Positions 52,759 through 62,062 of a stretch of DNA of 64,000 nucleotides are shown piece by piece. The notes under the pieces are model-generated. The model was not told where the DNA came from. It made no database searches and saw only the letters and a program-made list of their open reading frames with translations. The stretch is taken from the IMG/VR virus record IMGVR_UViG_3300031949_000018, positions 1 to 64,000 of that record; one strand, written 5' to 3'. This DNA is from a virus. Lineage: Duplodnaviria; Caudoviricetes. The position numbers were made by a program, and so were the translations under genes. Position 1 is the first letter of the stretch. Each line of letters opens with the position of its first letter.

Positions 52759-53156
52759 TGAAGCACCTTTTCTGGGGGTGTCCTCGGGTCTGAGTTGTGA
52801 AGGTTCTCGTAGTAATCGAGCGAAGCCCGCACGATGTAGTCGATGACGTTCAGATCAGGGATCTTTATCGCTTCGTCGAGGACCACCAGGAAGTCATCGA
52901 GGTCGTGAAGCATCTTGACGTAGGTCTCGTCGGTTTTCTCTTGGGCGTTGACACCATCGAGCGCCGGGATGAGGCTGTTGATCAGGACATCTCGGATGAT
53001 CAACACGAGTTGCTTCATCCTGTTGCCCTGATCGGCTACCTTTGGTGCCTGGGACAACATGTAGGATAGGTTGCCCAGGTGCAGGGTGAACACCCTTGCC
53101 ATTTCTCTGGCGTCTTTTATCCCGGTGACCCTTGGCGGCATCTTTGGTACGTCCAT
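52755..53156 (-). CDS. Helical hypothetical protein
   Basis: ORF track. Confidence 0.7.
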   Translation of the reverse strand: MDVPKMPPRVTGIKDAREMARVFTLHLGNLSYMLSQAPKVADQGNRMKQLVLIIRDVLINSLIPALDGVNAQEKTDETYVKMLHDLDDFLVVLDEAIKIPDLNVIDYIVRASLDYYENLHNSDPRTPPEKVLH

Positions 53157-53530
53157 CAGTGTATCGTCCTCTTCATGAAGTCGAGCGATTCGACGAGTTT
53201 CTTACCGATATCGGCTATGACCGGGAGAACCTCCTTGCCCTCTATCTTCTGGGCCGTCTCGAGATCAGTGGCCAGTTCCCTTATGACCTTTACGTACTCG
53301 TCGGCCTCCTCGCGCTCGTCAAGTTCGATCTCATCTGGGCCGTCGGTGAACAATTCGATCATCACCTCCATGGCCACCCTGGTCTCGCGGATGGTCCTGG
53401 ATATGAACTCATAGCCATCGGGCGCGTTCTTTATATCCTCATCGTCGGGCACCCTAGTAAATAGATCACCCAGGGTGTGCAGGTTCTGGTGCACCATCGA
53501 CAGCAGGTGTGTGATCTCTTTGTTCATCAC
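53156..53530 (-). CDS. Helical hypothetical protein
   Basis: ORF track. Confidence 0.7.
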   Translation of the reverse strand: MMNKEITHLLSMVHQNLHTLGDLFTRVPDDEDIKNAPDGYEFISRTIRETRVAMEVMIELFTDGPDEIELDEREEADEYVKVIRELATDLETAQKIEGKEVLPVIADIGKKLVESLDFMKRTIH

Positions 53531-53799
53531 AACATCCCGTACGCAGACATCCTGACCGCCGCGGACACAGGCCGATTGGCGTCCCGGAGTATCTCCCTGG
53601 CCACCTTGACGTCGTTGAGGGACGCCGCCAGGATGACGCCGGAAGGGCTGGTCTTCTCCCTCCTGTACACGTAGACGACGATGTCGCTATCGTCGTAGAC
53701 ATGGCCGCTGAGGCGCCAGGAGCGCTCTCGCGAATGGCTGAAGTCCGGTGATCTCGCCGCGTCGTCGAACTTAAGAAGTTGTTCCTTCAAGGCTCCCAT
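53527..53799 (-). CDS. Hypothetical protein
   Basis: GAGGAG RBS. Confidence 0.65.
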   Translation of the reverse strand: MGALKEQLLKFDDAARSPDFSHSRERSWRLSGHVYDDSDIVVYVYRREKTSPSGVILAASLNDVKVAREILRDANRPVSAAVRMSAYGML

Positions 53800-54766
53800 G
53801 GCGCTTTCTCCTCAGTTCAGGTTGATATAACTTGTTGTTGATGGCCCAAGTGCGCATCGCGTTTGGGCGAATCTGATAACCCTCCACCTTGGCGACGAGC
53901 TCGGCTATGTTCTTCCAGCTCTCGCCGACGGGCAGCATCTTCTTTATGATCTTGGTCCTGGGTGAGCGGACGTCGCCCCAGCGCCCGTGTGTGGTCTTGA
54001 CGTGGGGGTGGTGCCTCTTGATCCACCGCCCGAAGATCGACTCGTCGTTTCTGTCCCCGCCGCACAGGATCGTGGCGTTTCTAAATGATTCCCCGGCCTC
54101 GACCTTCTCGAGGATATTGTTCATGAGTTCTTCCTTGCCGAACCCGATACCCTGTAACCTAGTGGCGAAGCCGAGGATACCTTTGGCTACGATGACGGCG
54201 GTGGCGTTGACCCCGGCCTTCTTGGCGGTCTCCTTCACTGTGAGACTACCGTCGCCGGCCGCCTCCTGTATCCTGAGTTCTCGCTCGTGCTTGCGCTTTC
54301 CCATGGTGATTCTCCGCGGGATCACGCCTCTGCGCTCGACTATCTGGCGGCAGCGCTCCCGGGTTATGCCGAAAGTCTTGCCGATCTCCTCCAGGGTCTT
54401 GTTGTCGTTGAACATGGCAACTATCCGATCGTTTCGATCGGGATACGTCTCGGTATATTTCTTATTGAATTTTACCTTCATCGCCTTGGCGATCTGATAC
54501 ATTCGTGAGAGCTTTAAATCAAAGAATATTGCGACCGCTTCCGGAGAGTCGTTCCCTTCCTTGACCATGGCGGCGAGCTTGGCGTCTCGATCCGGGTCGG
54601 CGCTGCGTCTTTGGTCGTTGAGTCGGATGCCCCGGGCCCTGGCTATCTGTTGGATGCGTATCCTGCTAAGGAAGAAGCGTCCCATGATTTCTTCCATGGG
54701 TGTCCTACCCTCGTTGATCATGGCAATCACCGCGTCGTCGCGGTCGGTCATCTTTCTTCGGCCCAT
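53771..54766 (-). CDS. Tandem multi-HTH DNA-binding protein
   Basis: About 6 repeats; the third is a sigma70-r4-like TLEEIGKTFGITRERCRQI. Confidence 0.75.
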   Translation of the reverse strand: MGRRKMTDRDDAVIAMINEGRTPMEEIMGRFFLSRIRIQQIARARGIRLNDQRRSADPDRDAKLAAMVKEGNDSPEAVAIFFDLKLSRMYQIAKAMKVKFNKKYTETYPDRNDRIVAMFNDNKTLEEIGKTFGITRERCRQIVERRGVIPRRITMGKRKHERELRIQEAAGDGSLTVKETAKKAGVNATAVIVAKGILGFATRLQGIGFGKEELMNNILEKVEAGESFRNATILCGGDRNDESIFGRWIKRHHPHVKTTHGRWGDVRSPRTKIIKKMLPVGESWKNIAELVAKVEGYQIRPNAMRTWAINNKLYQPELRRKRHGSLEGTTS

Positions 54767-54822
54767 GTGGGTCCTCCATATCAATCTATACACTTTAACA
54801 CATCATTGTTCTAGTGTCAAAC

Positions 54823-54848
54823 AAAAAGGGGGAACCGAAGTTCCCCCT
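54823..54848 (-). terminator. UUCG-loop terminator
   Basis: GGGGGAAC-TTCG-GTTCCCCC followed by TTTTT. Confidence 0.85.
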
Positions 54849-54858
54849 CTTATAGACC

Positions 54859-55197
54859 TTATTCGCCAGGCCCGGTGTAGTCACCACCGTACTGGTCGTA
54901 GTCTTGCTTGTCCATCTCCTTTTCGATCTCGTTCTGGAGGTCGTTGGCCTTGTCGATTATCTTCTTGGTGATTAAGAAGTCTTTCAGCTTCCTCATCTTC
55001 GTGGCGTGGAGGGTGCCGAATTCATCTACGTAGGCATCCTTTGTCACGTATCTGACGTACACCTTCACCTCTGACAGGAGGTGTCCCTCCTTGCAGGCAC
55101 CGACTATCGTCTCCACGAAGGTGGGGCGCTTGGCCCAGGCGTTGCCGGCAACCACCAGCCACTGGGTAGGGGACGCGGGGGTTTTCTCGTCGCTCAT
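54859..55197 (-). CDS. Early hypothetical protein
   Basis: GAGGAG RBS, own promoter and terminator. Confidence 0.7.
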   Translation of the reverse strand: MSDEKTPASPTQWLVVAGNAWAKRPTFVETIVGACKEGHLLSEVKVYVRYVTKDAYVDEFGTLHATKMRKLKDFLITKKIIDKANDLQNEIEKEMDKQDYDQYGGDYTGPGE

Positions 55198-55252
55198 GTT
55201 TTCTCCTCACATTTTCAATTAGCGTCGCAGACATGGATATGCCTACTATGCT

Positions 55253-55281
55253 ATTATATCACACTTTGAGGTAGATGTCAA
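55253..55281 (-). promoter_or_regulatory. Consensus sigma70 promoter
   Basis: TTGACA-N17-TATAAT. Confidence 0.85.
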
Positions 55282-55818
55282 CTACTCTTCTGAGTTGGCG
55301 TCGTGCACCGTGAAGTGCCGGAAGCGAAAGTTCACCTCTACGTCGAGAGGCGTGGCCTCCCCGTCCCGGGTCGTGAACCGTAGTCCGGATATCGCCACGG
55401 GAAATGCGTCCTGGAACCGGAATTCCATGTTAGGGCGCTGGGCGCTGTTGGAGAGCATGACCATGACGTCGGAGAACACGCCCTCCCCCGCCATCTTTAC
55501 CGTTCTGGGAGTGAGGCTGGCGTACTGGGAGTAGTTGTCTGGCGACGCAAGCTTTACCATCCAGTTCCAGATCTCCATGTAGTTGGTCAGGTCCTCATCG
55601 ACCTTGAACATCACGTCGAGTGTTCCCCGCGCCAGGGAGTCGCCTGGCCATGGGATCAGGTCGAGCTGGGTGTGGAAATTGGCCACCCCGAGCTGCATCG
55701 GCGGAATGGACACGTCCTGGATGAAGAAATTCGTCGTCGGCGCCCGTTTGAGCACGAGCCGACCGACGTGCTGGTTAAGCATGTTGATGTTGTCGGGCTG
55801 ACGCTGGAGGATAGCCAT
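55282..55818 (-). CDS. 3: Tail completion/sheath stabiliser gp3
   Basis: P..NFF.Q.V.IP, PGD.L, F.VDEDL.NY.EI.NW, F.DAFP. Confidence 0.88.
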   Translation of the reverse strand: MAILQRQPDNINMLNQHVGRLVLKRAPTTNFFIQDVSIPPMQLGVANFHTQLDLIPWPGDSLARGTLDVMFKVDEDLTNYMEIWNWMVKLASPDNYSQYASLTPRTVKMAGEGVFSDVMVMLSNSAQRPNMEFRFQDAFPVAISGLRFTTRDGEATPLDVEVNFRFRHFTVHDANSEE

Positions 55819-55822
55819 TAAC

Positions 55823-56044
55823 TTACTCTCCCTCGTACGGGATAGTTGCAGTAGCGTCTGACTCAGTCATTTTCTTGAGAATCATCACGCCCGGCGGTCT
55901 TATCTCTGTCTCTATCTGTTTCTTGACGTTGGCCTGTTCTTCTATAATCTTTACCCTATGAAATAGACCATTCCACACGAAGGCTACGACGATTAGCACA
56001 AGGAAGATTATCAAGTAATCAATCAGAGAAGATTTGATCATCAT
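55823..56044 (-). CDS. Small single-TM membrane protein
   Basis: N-terminal TM. Confidence 0.6.
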   Translation of the reverse strand: MMIKSSLIDYLIIFLVLIVVAFVWNGLFHRVKIIEEQANVKKQIETEIRPPGVMILKKMTESDATATIPYEGE

Positions 56045-56050
56045 CTTCTA

Positions 56051-56326
56051 TTATCCTCTAAACCAGAACACGGTATTTTTGAGAAAGTCAATGTTGGATG
56101 CTATCCATCCGACGAAACCGCCGAATGTTAGGACGGTGATGAATCCACCGCGATAGCGGGTGGCCATGTCCTCGATCACCTTGATGCGGGTGCCGAGTGC
56201 GTCCACAGATCGACGGATCTCGTCGAGATCTTGGTTCTCTGCCCTGACGTTCTGGTCTATCGACACCTTGAGGGCACTGAGGCGCTCGTCGATCCTGGCC
56301 ACGATCACATCAATAGAATCTGCCAT
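56051..56326 (-). CDS. Coiled-coil plus C-terminal TM protein (XhlA-like holin candidate)
   Basis: Heptad region followed by a hydrophobic C-terminus. Confidence 0.55.
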   Translation of the reverse strand: MADSIDVIVARIDERLSALKVSIDQNVRAENQDLDEIRRSVDALGTRIKVIEDMATRYRGGFITVLTFGGFVGWIASNIDFLKNTVFWFRG

Positions 56327-56338
56327 CCATGCTCCACG

Positions 56339-56366
56339 AAAAAAGGGGAGGGATCGCTCCCTCCCC
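56339..56366 (-). terminator. Terminator after the major capsid gene
   Basis: GGGGAGGGA-GCGA-TCCCTCCCC followed by TTTTTT. Confidence 0.85.
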
Positions 56367-56391
56367 AATGGGTTTTAGTGTTCCTCCTTGC

Positions 56392-57756
56392 TTAGAGGAT
56401 ATTGTCGACCATTATGCGCCTGTAGTAGACGTTGCTGTCCTTGACCAGGGTGAGGGACATGCCGCCGACGGCGCCGTTGACGATTCCGCGGGAGAATGGG
56501 TTCTGCCCCATCGCGTAGCGGGTCTTGAAGGCGATGTTCGGCTGGTGGGTGTTAGGATCGACCACCCTGCTGAACTGCAGTGGAACGTATGGGCAGTAGT
56601 AGACGCCCGCGTCCATCGGTCCAGTTCCCTTGAAACCAAGGGTGAGGTAGTTGCCCGTGGTGTATGGGTCGATGTAGACCCTGTAGCGCTTCATCGCGAT
56701 TCCTGCGAAGGTGTTGCCGGTGTCGTCTACCGCCAGCCCCTCGTTGTTGAGGGCCGGTGTGTAGTCGAGGACACCTGCCATCTGGAGTGCAGATGCTACG
56801 TTCGAGGAGCAGATGATGATGTTTGCCTTGCCGCGCCTGGTCTCCTTGGCTACCTGGTTCGCCTCGAGGTCGAGGAAGAAGCAGAGACCCTTGAGCTTTT
56901 CACCAAGCCACCTGCCGTTCGCATCGGTGTCGAGATCGAAGCGTCCGACGGTCGTGGTACCGGAAGCGGCGCCCCTGACTGCGGTGATGTTGATGGTGCG
57001 GATGAGTTCCCTGTTGATGTCCGCCACGATTTCCGTCGAGAGGATCTCGGAGAGGAGCTTCTCGGCGTCCATTCCGTGGGTCTTCTGAAGGTCGTGTGCG
57101 AGTTCCACAGAGTACTGGGCCTTCAGTGCTCGGCCGCCTGGGCTGATGCTGAGGCGATCGATGGTGAATGCCATCTCTGGGAATGCGTTGTTGCCAGACG
57201 AACCGAGAGACTCGAGCTGGGTGGTGGTCATCGCGTCACCGTAGTTGTAGATGCCGGTTTCTGCGAGGTTGGCGGTGCCGGTGGTCGAGTTACCTGGGAA
57301 GGTACCTACTGACTTGTCACCGAGTGTGTTGGCACCGGCCACGATGGTGGAGAATGCGGTGTTCGGCTCGTTATAGAAGGCCTCGTTGCCCGCGTTGTTG
57401 GAGTACAGGGCCCTGAGTGCGAAGACGAGGCCCGTAGGTCCCGACATCGGCTGGACGCCTGCGACTTCGTAGGCCATGAGGTTAGGCATGGAACGACGAA
57501 GCATGGAGATGAGGATCGGATCCTGGAACTGGACCTGGCCACTGCCGAAGTTGTTGGAGGGAGAATCCTCGAACAGGGAGTGGGGAGCGAAGCCGCGCTG
57601 CGTCTTCATCTCGTCTACCGTGTTCTCGATCATCTGGGCTAGGCCGCCGCGGATCCACTCGTCGCGAATCGGTGGGAGACCCTTGGCATCGATGATGTCC
57701 TTCCACTTCTCAACGAGCTTGCCGTTGATCCCATACTTCATTTGCTCTTCGCCCAT
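56392..57756 (-). CDS. 23: Major capsid protein gp23
   Basis: DPILIS..RR.MPNL.A....GVQPM.GPTG, RALKA.YS.ELA.DL, YCPYVPL, KTRY. Confidence 0.96.
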   Translation of the reverse strand: MGEEQMKYGINGKLVEKWKDIIDAKGLPPIRDEWIRGGLAQMIENTVDEMKTQRGFAPHSLFEDSPSNNFGSGQVQFQDPILISMLRRSMPNLMAYEVAGVQPMSGPTGLVFALRALYSNNAGNEAFYNEPNTAFSTIVAGANTLGDKSVGTFPGNSTTGTANLAETGIYNYGDAMTTTQLESLGSSGNNAFPEMAFTIDRLSISPGGRALKAQYSVELAHDLQKTHGMDAEKLLSEILSTEIVADINRELIRTINITAVRGAASGTTTVGRFDLDTDANGRWLGEKLKGLCFFLDLEANQVAKETRRGKANIIICSSNVASALQMAGVLDYTPALNNEGLAVDDTGNTFAGIAMKRYRVYIDPYTTGNYLTLGFKGTGPMDAGVYYCPYVPLQFSRVVDPNTHQPNIAFKTRYAMGQNPFSRGIVNGAVGGMSLTLVKDSNVYYRRIMVDNIL

Positions 57757-57794
57757 CGTCTTCTCCCTTAGGGTAGTATTCTTCTTGTTAATGT

Positions 57795-57802
57795 TATTTA
57801 TA
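57795..57802 (-). promoter_or_regulatory. T4-type late promoter for gp23
   Basis: TATAAATA. Confidence 0.75.
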
Positions 57803-57814
57803 GTAGCGTTATTC

Positions 57815-58588
57815 TTAGAGGAACCTGTTGAATCCCTCTAGGACGTGCTGGACCATCGGATCCGGATTTACCGGCTTCGTGTCCTTGCCCTTGGTGTCCT
57901 CGTCGAGTGGTCCGCCGTCGACAGGATCTTTGTTCTGGTCGACTACGGGCTCCTTGAAGAGTGTCTGCTTGAGGCCGTCGAGTTTCTTCGAGAAGTCCGC
58001 GGCATCTGAATACTTGACGTTCTCGGCGAGCTCCTTGAGCTTGGATGCCTTGGTGTCTGGCAGACCCTTGGATGCGCTGGCGAGGATGTCTTGGACTTCC
58101 CTGAGCTCATCCTTCTCCTGGAGGAGGATGACCGTCTGGGTCTGCTCGTTGAGCTGTTCCTTGAGTTCCTCGTTGCGGGCCATGAGGCCCTCGAGGACTC
58201 CCTCGGCGTCGTCAGGAAGGTCGATGTTGTGGGTAGACACCAGGTCTACCAGGCCCTCCATGAGGGACTCAGCGATCTCTACCTTCATCGAAGACTCGAC
58301 CGCGATCTCGTTGTCCTCGAGCCACTTCTCGGCCACGTAGGATACGTAGCGGTCGAAGGACTCTTCTAGCTCCTCGACGGCTTCCGCGAGTTGCTCGGCC
58401 ACCATCTCGTCGATCTGCTCCTGTCGAGCCTCATCGAGTTTCTGAGCCTTAACCTCAACGGCAGCGTCGAAGATGGTCTTGATGCGCTCCTTGACGTCGT
58501 CGGTGGTCTCCTCCGTGAAGAGGATTGAGATGTCGGCTTCCACCGCCTCTTCGACCTTCTTGACCTTTGTCTTCTTTTCGTCAGCCAT
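57815..58588 (-). CDS. 22: Prohead core scaffold gp22
   Basis: IFDAAV, Y..YV...W...N..A.E...K.E; acidic; synteny. Confidence 0.9.
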   Translation of the reverse strand: MADEKKTKVKKVEEAVEADISILFTEETTDDVKERIKTIFDAAVEVKAQKLDEARQEQIDEMVAEQLAEAVEELEESFDRYVSYVAEKWLEDNEIAVESSMKVEIAESLMEGLVDLVSTHNIDLPDDAEGVLEGLMARNEELKEQLNEQTQTVILLQEKDELREVQDILASASKGLPDTKASKLKELAENVKYSDAADFSKKLDGLKQTLFKEPVVDQNKDPVDGGPLDEDTKGKDTKPVNPDPMVQHVLEGFNRFL

Positions 58589-58642
58589 TGTTAGAATCTC
58601 CTTGAGTATGTTGTTATTTATCTGGTGGTGATCTTCGAGATC

Positions 58643-58966
58643 TTACTTCTTTAGGCTATCCCGGGATGCTCGGTATTTAGCCATGGTCTTCTTCATGTAC
58701 TCGAGACGACCGGCTGGGCGGTCGTCAGGATCAAATCTATCGACGTGGCCTCTCCTCTCCGATGTCTTAGAGAGTGCCTTGGCAACCCCTGATTTGAGGG
58801 CGAAATGTTCACGCCTCTTGTGGGCTGCTATGACACCAGGTTTCTTACTTTTCTTACCCGGCATACCGTGGGTGGCAAACGCGGCCTCCCTAGCGTTGTC
58901 TCTCTCGATGTCATAGAGCTTACCCTTGCCGGTTATCTCGGTTATGAACTCTGCGAAGGTCTTCAT
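58643..58966 (-). CDS. Basic internal head protein with a CTS-like N-terminus
   Basis: MKTFAEFITE. Confidence 0.7.
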   Translation of the reverse strand: MKTFAEFITEITGKGKLYDIERDNAREAAFATHGMPGKKSKKPGVIAAHKRREHFALKSGVAKALSKTSERRGHVDRFDPDDRPAGRLEYMKKTMAKYRASRDSLKK

Positions 58967-59625
58967 GTCATCTTCCTCATGTACTTCTGGAACATCTCGA
59001 TCGCCCGTTCCTGTAGTTCGTTCTTGTTCATCTTCTTAACTTCCTCGACGATCTCGCCGACCAGCTGCCAGTTACCAGATGGATTCATCACCCACTCAGC
59101 ACCCTCCATGATGCCGTTAACGAAGGCGTCGGGGGCAGACGGATCCGCCACGATGTCCGCCGCCGCGGCTAGCCTGAAGTCCTTCTGGACCTCCATGATT
59201 CCGGCCTGGTTGGGCTTCAGCGAGCCGAGCCCCCTCGAGGATACTCCGAGGCGCGCCCCCGATTCCATGAGTCCCTTGGCGATGTTTCCATACGGGGTGT
59301 CCGCGATGCGGGCCTTTCCGATGAAGTTATTGCCGTCCTGCTTGATCGATTGGGTGATGTGGCTGACCCGCTCGAGGTTGATCATCGGGCCGGACGGGTG
59401 TCCGAGCTCCCCGTAGCCCTGGCCCTTGCCGATGCGCTCCTTGACGTAGCGATTGACTTCTCCGGCTAGGATCTCGGTCGGATAGATGCGCTGGTTGCGG
59501 TTGACGACGCCGGCTTGCAGGAAGACACCCTCGATGAAGAGATTCTTCTTCTTGGTGCCATCTTCGAGCACGACTTCTTCTGTCGTGTACTTGACGTCTT
59601 CCTGGAGTTCCGTGATGAGTAGCAT
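58963..59625 (-). CDS. 21: Prohead protease gp21
   Basis: MLLITE, GELGHP, GVSSRG.GSL, D.VADPSAPDAFV.G. Confidence 0.95.
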   Translation of the reverse strand: MLLITELQEDVKYTTEEVVLEDGTKKKNLFIEGVFLQAGVVNRNQRIYPTEILAGEVNRYVKERIGKGQGYGELGHPSGPMINLERVSHITQSIKQDGNNFIGKARIADTPYGNIAKGLMESGARLGVSSRGLGSLKPNQAGIMEVQKDFRLAAAADIVADPSAPDAFVNGIMEGAEWVMNPSGNWQLVGEIVEEVKKMNKNELQERAIEMFQKYMRKMT

Positions 59626-59627
59626 TT

Positions 59628-60542
59628 CTATCCCCTAAACTTATCTCGGTCGTCAGACTTGACGTATCCGAGCTTTTTCTTGCCACCGGCGGCTTTGTAG
59701 ATCTTTCCTGCTGCTTTTGATAACTGGGTGTGGCGCTTCACAGAGTGTTCAGCTTTTTCTCTATATCGTGGATCATTTCGATCTAACCCAGTAGAATATC
59801 CTCCGGCATCACGACCAAGATCGGTCTTTATCTCTCTAGCGCGTAGTTTGGCGGCTTCCCTATTATTTAGAGTGTGTTTTAATTTTCTCGTTGTCGTGGT
59901 GTTATTTGGATTCGACTTTCCCTTGTACTTAGCACCACCTAGGGTAGCCTCTTCGACGCTCTCTCTATAATCTTTTCTCTTGTACATTACATTGTCACGC
60001 ATTGTACCGGCTACATATTCTGCGTCATACCGTCGATTTGATCGGCTGATTTCTTTGTTATAAGCCTTGCCGTGTAACTCAAGACTTCTATCGTCATCTG
60101 CCTTGCGAAGGATGCGATCACCGGCCGCCCTGTGCTTACGCTTGGCGTTGTTCAGCTCGTCCCTAGTGTGCCTCTTATTCGGATTCTCTTTGCCAGCATA
60201 CTTAGCACCACCGAGGCGTGCCTCATCGACGCTCTCTCCAGTGACTATCTTCCGATGATTGTAGTAGTTGAGCGCGTGCTTCTTATGCTTCCCAACAAAT
60301 ACTTCGTCACGAGCGTCGGTGTCCATGTTGTAGAAGTGCTTCTCGGCGGAGCGCTTATCGTTCTTTTGGATCTTCTGGGCGATGGCGATGTGATCGTCGG
60401 CGTCCTTGTTGAACATCCGCTTCATACCGTTGTCGTGGGCCCATCGCGGGTGCTTTGCCATGGCGCGCCGCCTCTTGGCCGCGGCCATGTGGGCCTGGAT
60501 CATGTCCATGTCTTCGTTGATGAACTGACTAAGCGTCTTCAT
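59628..60542 (-). CDS. Modular basic internal head protein
   Basis: MKTLSQFINE; ESV(D/E)EA.LGGAKY twice. Confidence 0.75.
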   Translation of the reverse strand: MKTLSQFINEDMDMIQAHMAAAKRRRAMAKHPRWAHDNGMKRMFNKDADDHIAIAQKIQKNDKRSAEKHFYNMDTDARDEVFVGKHKKHALNYYNHRKIVTGESVDEARLGGAKYAGKENPNKRHTRDELNNAKRKHRAAGDRILRKADDDRSLELHGKAYNKEISRSNRRYDAEYVAGTMRDNVMYKRKDYRESVEEATLGGAKYKGKSNPNNTTTTRKLKHTLNNREAAKLRAREIKTDLGRDAGGYSTGLDRNDPRYREKAEHSVKRHTQLSKAAGKIYKAAGGKKKLGYVKSDDRDKFRG

Positions 60543-60543
60543 G

Positions 60544-61107
60544 TTACACCTGGTTCAGGTTGTTGGATGTGCGGGACTTCTTCGAGAACTCGACGACCAG
60601 GGTGCCCGTGGCCGCGGCCGAGTGGGTGATGACAACCGATCCGGTATGATCGTCGGTGATCGACTGACCGTCGTGGGCAAAGTTGAACTTGTCGGTGCCG
60701 TGGAGCACCAGGACAGTATTGGACCCCCTGGCGATCGTCCAGCTTCCGTTGGAGGTGAAGGTGACCCCCGGGATGTCGATGAAGTCGATGGTCTCCGACT
60801 TGGTATAGGTCGTAGCCGAGTTTGCTGCGGTGAAGGTGGCAGTGACGTTGAGGAACGTAGTGTTGACTACCTGGTTGATGACCCTGGCCTCGGAGAGTGA
60901 CGAGTTGACCACTGCATAGACGAAGTCCCCGTTGGCAAACGCCGTGGTGAAAGTGGTGCTGGTTCCTATCAGGTTTGAACCTTGGATCTGAACCGTGCCT
61001 GTCTGGTTCCCATCGTAGCTGATCGAGAAGTCAGTGATCGCCAGGGTCACGTTGGCCGTGGTCCTATACGTGGCGTTTCGCCCAAACTTATTTGATGTGA
61101 ATGGCAT
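60544..61107 (-). CDS. gp68-like prohead core protein with an inserted beta-rich module
   Basis: W.IARG..TVL.L.G ... GTL..E.SK at the C-terminus; position upstream of gp21. Confidence 0.55.
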   Translation of the reverse strand: MPFTSNKFGRNATYRTTANVTLAITDFSISYDGNQTGTVQIQGSNLIGTSTTFTTAFANGDFVYAVVNSSLSEARVINQVVNTTFLNVTATFTAANSATTYTKSETIDFIDIPGVTFTSNGSWTIARGSNTVLVLHGTDKFNFAHDGQSITDDHTGSVVITHSAAATGTLVVEFSKKSRTSNNLNQV

Positions 61108-61110
61108 TAC

Positions 61111-62052
61111 TTACCTTCCGTAGAATATCTTGCTGGCTTTCTTTTCGTGCTTCTTATGAACTGTGAACATCGTGTGGTTCTCAAAGTGAGATTGACCTTG
61201 TTCAAACGGGATCCCGGCATCTGTTAGGTTAGCCTTGTAGTCCTTAATGGTGCGATAATCATTATGGGCACCAGGACGATTTATCGGAACGTGAAAGATC
61301 CCAGAACCAGGCACTGCCCTTCGCAGAGCTTCTCCTATAAATTCTGCGAACGTCCTCATCTCTTCTTCCCTTATCCGGCTCATCTGGCGCCCGACGACCT
61401 CGCTCGACGCCGTGTTCTTCCTGCGCATAGAGGCGATCTGGGCGTTGAGCCGCGCAATCTTGGCCCGCTTGACTTCCTGCGGATCCCGGCTCTTCTCGAT
61501 TCGATCGATCTTCCCCTTGACGTCGCTGAGTGCCTTTCCGAGGCGGTGCGCGAGCCTCATGGATGAGGCTCCTGAGCGTCCTGCCCTGATTGCCGCGCCA
61601 CTCGATTCTTGCACCCGTTGTTCTTTAGCCGTCTTGGCGTTCAGGTACTTGCTGAGTGCCGGGAATGCCTTGAGATCAAACTTCTTTCCTGTCGCTTTTC
61701 CAGAGGTAGGCTTCTTCTCTTTTTCCGTGTCGTAGGGTGCCTCAGAGATTCGCCTATAGTTCTTTGGATCGCCTCCCGTCGAGTAAGTCGCCTCTCCCTG
61801 TCTCTTCCACCGCTCCTGTCCCTCTGGGGTTGACATATTGATGGTGCCGTGGATGGTGGATCGGTGACCCATCTTACTCCTGGCTTCACGGGCGTCCTTG
61901 GCTTCTACGTCGTGCCAGTTAGTCCTGGCATTGCGCTTCTGCCCGTAACTACCCCACCTCTTGGCGTGCACCTTGAACTTGTCCTCAGACAACGACTGAT
62001 CCTGCCGCGATTCGTGCAGCTGGGCCAGGAGGTTGTACTTGGACTCGTGCAT
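61111..62052 (-). CDS. Modular internal head protein
   Basis: Repeated (L/I/V)xE junctions; internal MRTFAEFIGE CTS-like segment. Confidence 0.7.
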   Translation of the reverse strand: MHESKYNLLAQLHESRQDQSLSEDKFKVHAKRWGSYGQKRNARTNWHDVEAKDAREARSKMGHRSTIHGTINMSTPEGQERWKRQGEATYSTGGDPKNYRRISEAPYDTEKEKKPTSGKATGKKFDLKAFPALSKYLNAKTAKEQRVQESSGAAIRAGRSGASSMRLAHRLGKALSDVKGKIDRIEKSRDPQEVKRAKIARLNAQIASMRRKNTASSEVVGRQMSRIREEEMRTFAEFIGEALRRAVPGSGIFHVPINRPGAHNDYRTIKDYKANLTDAGIPFEQGQSHFENHTMFTVHKKHEKKASKIFYGR

Positions 62053-62062
62053 CAGGCCTCTT

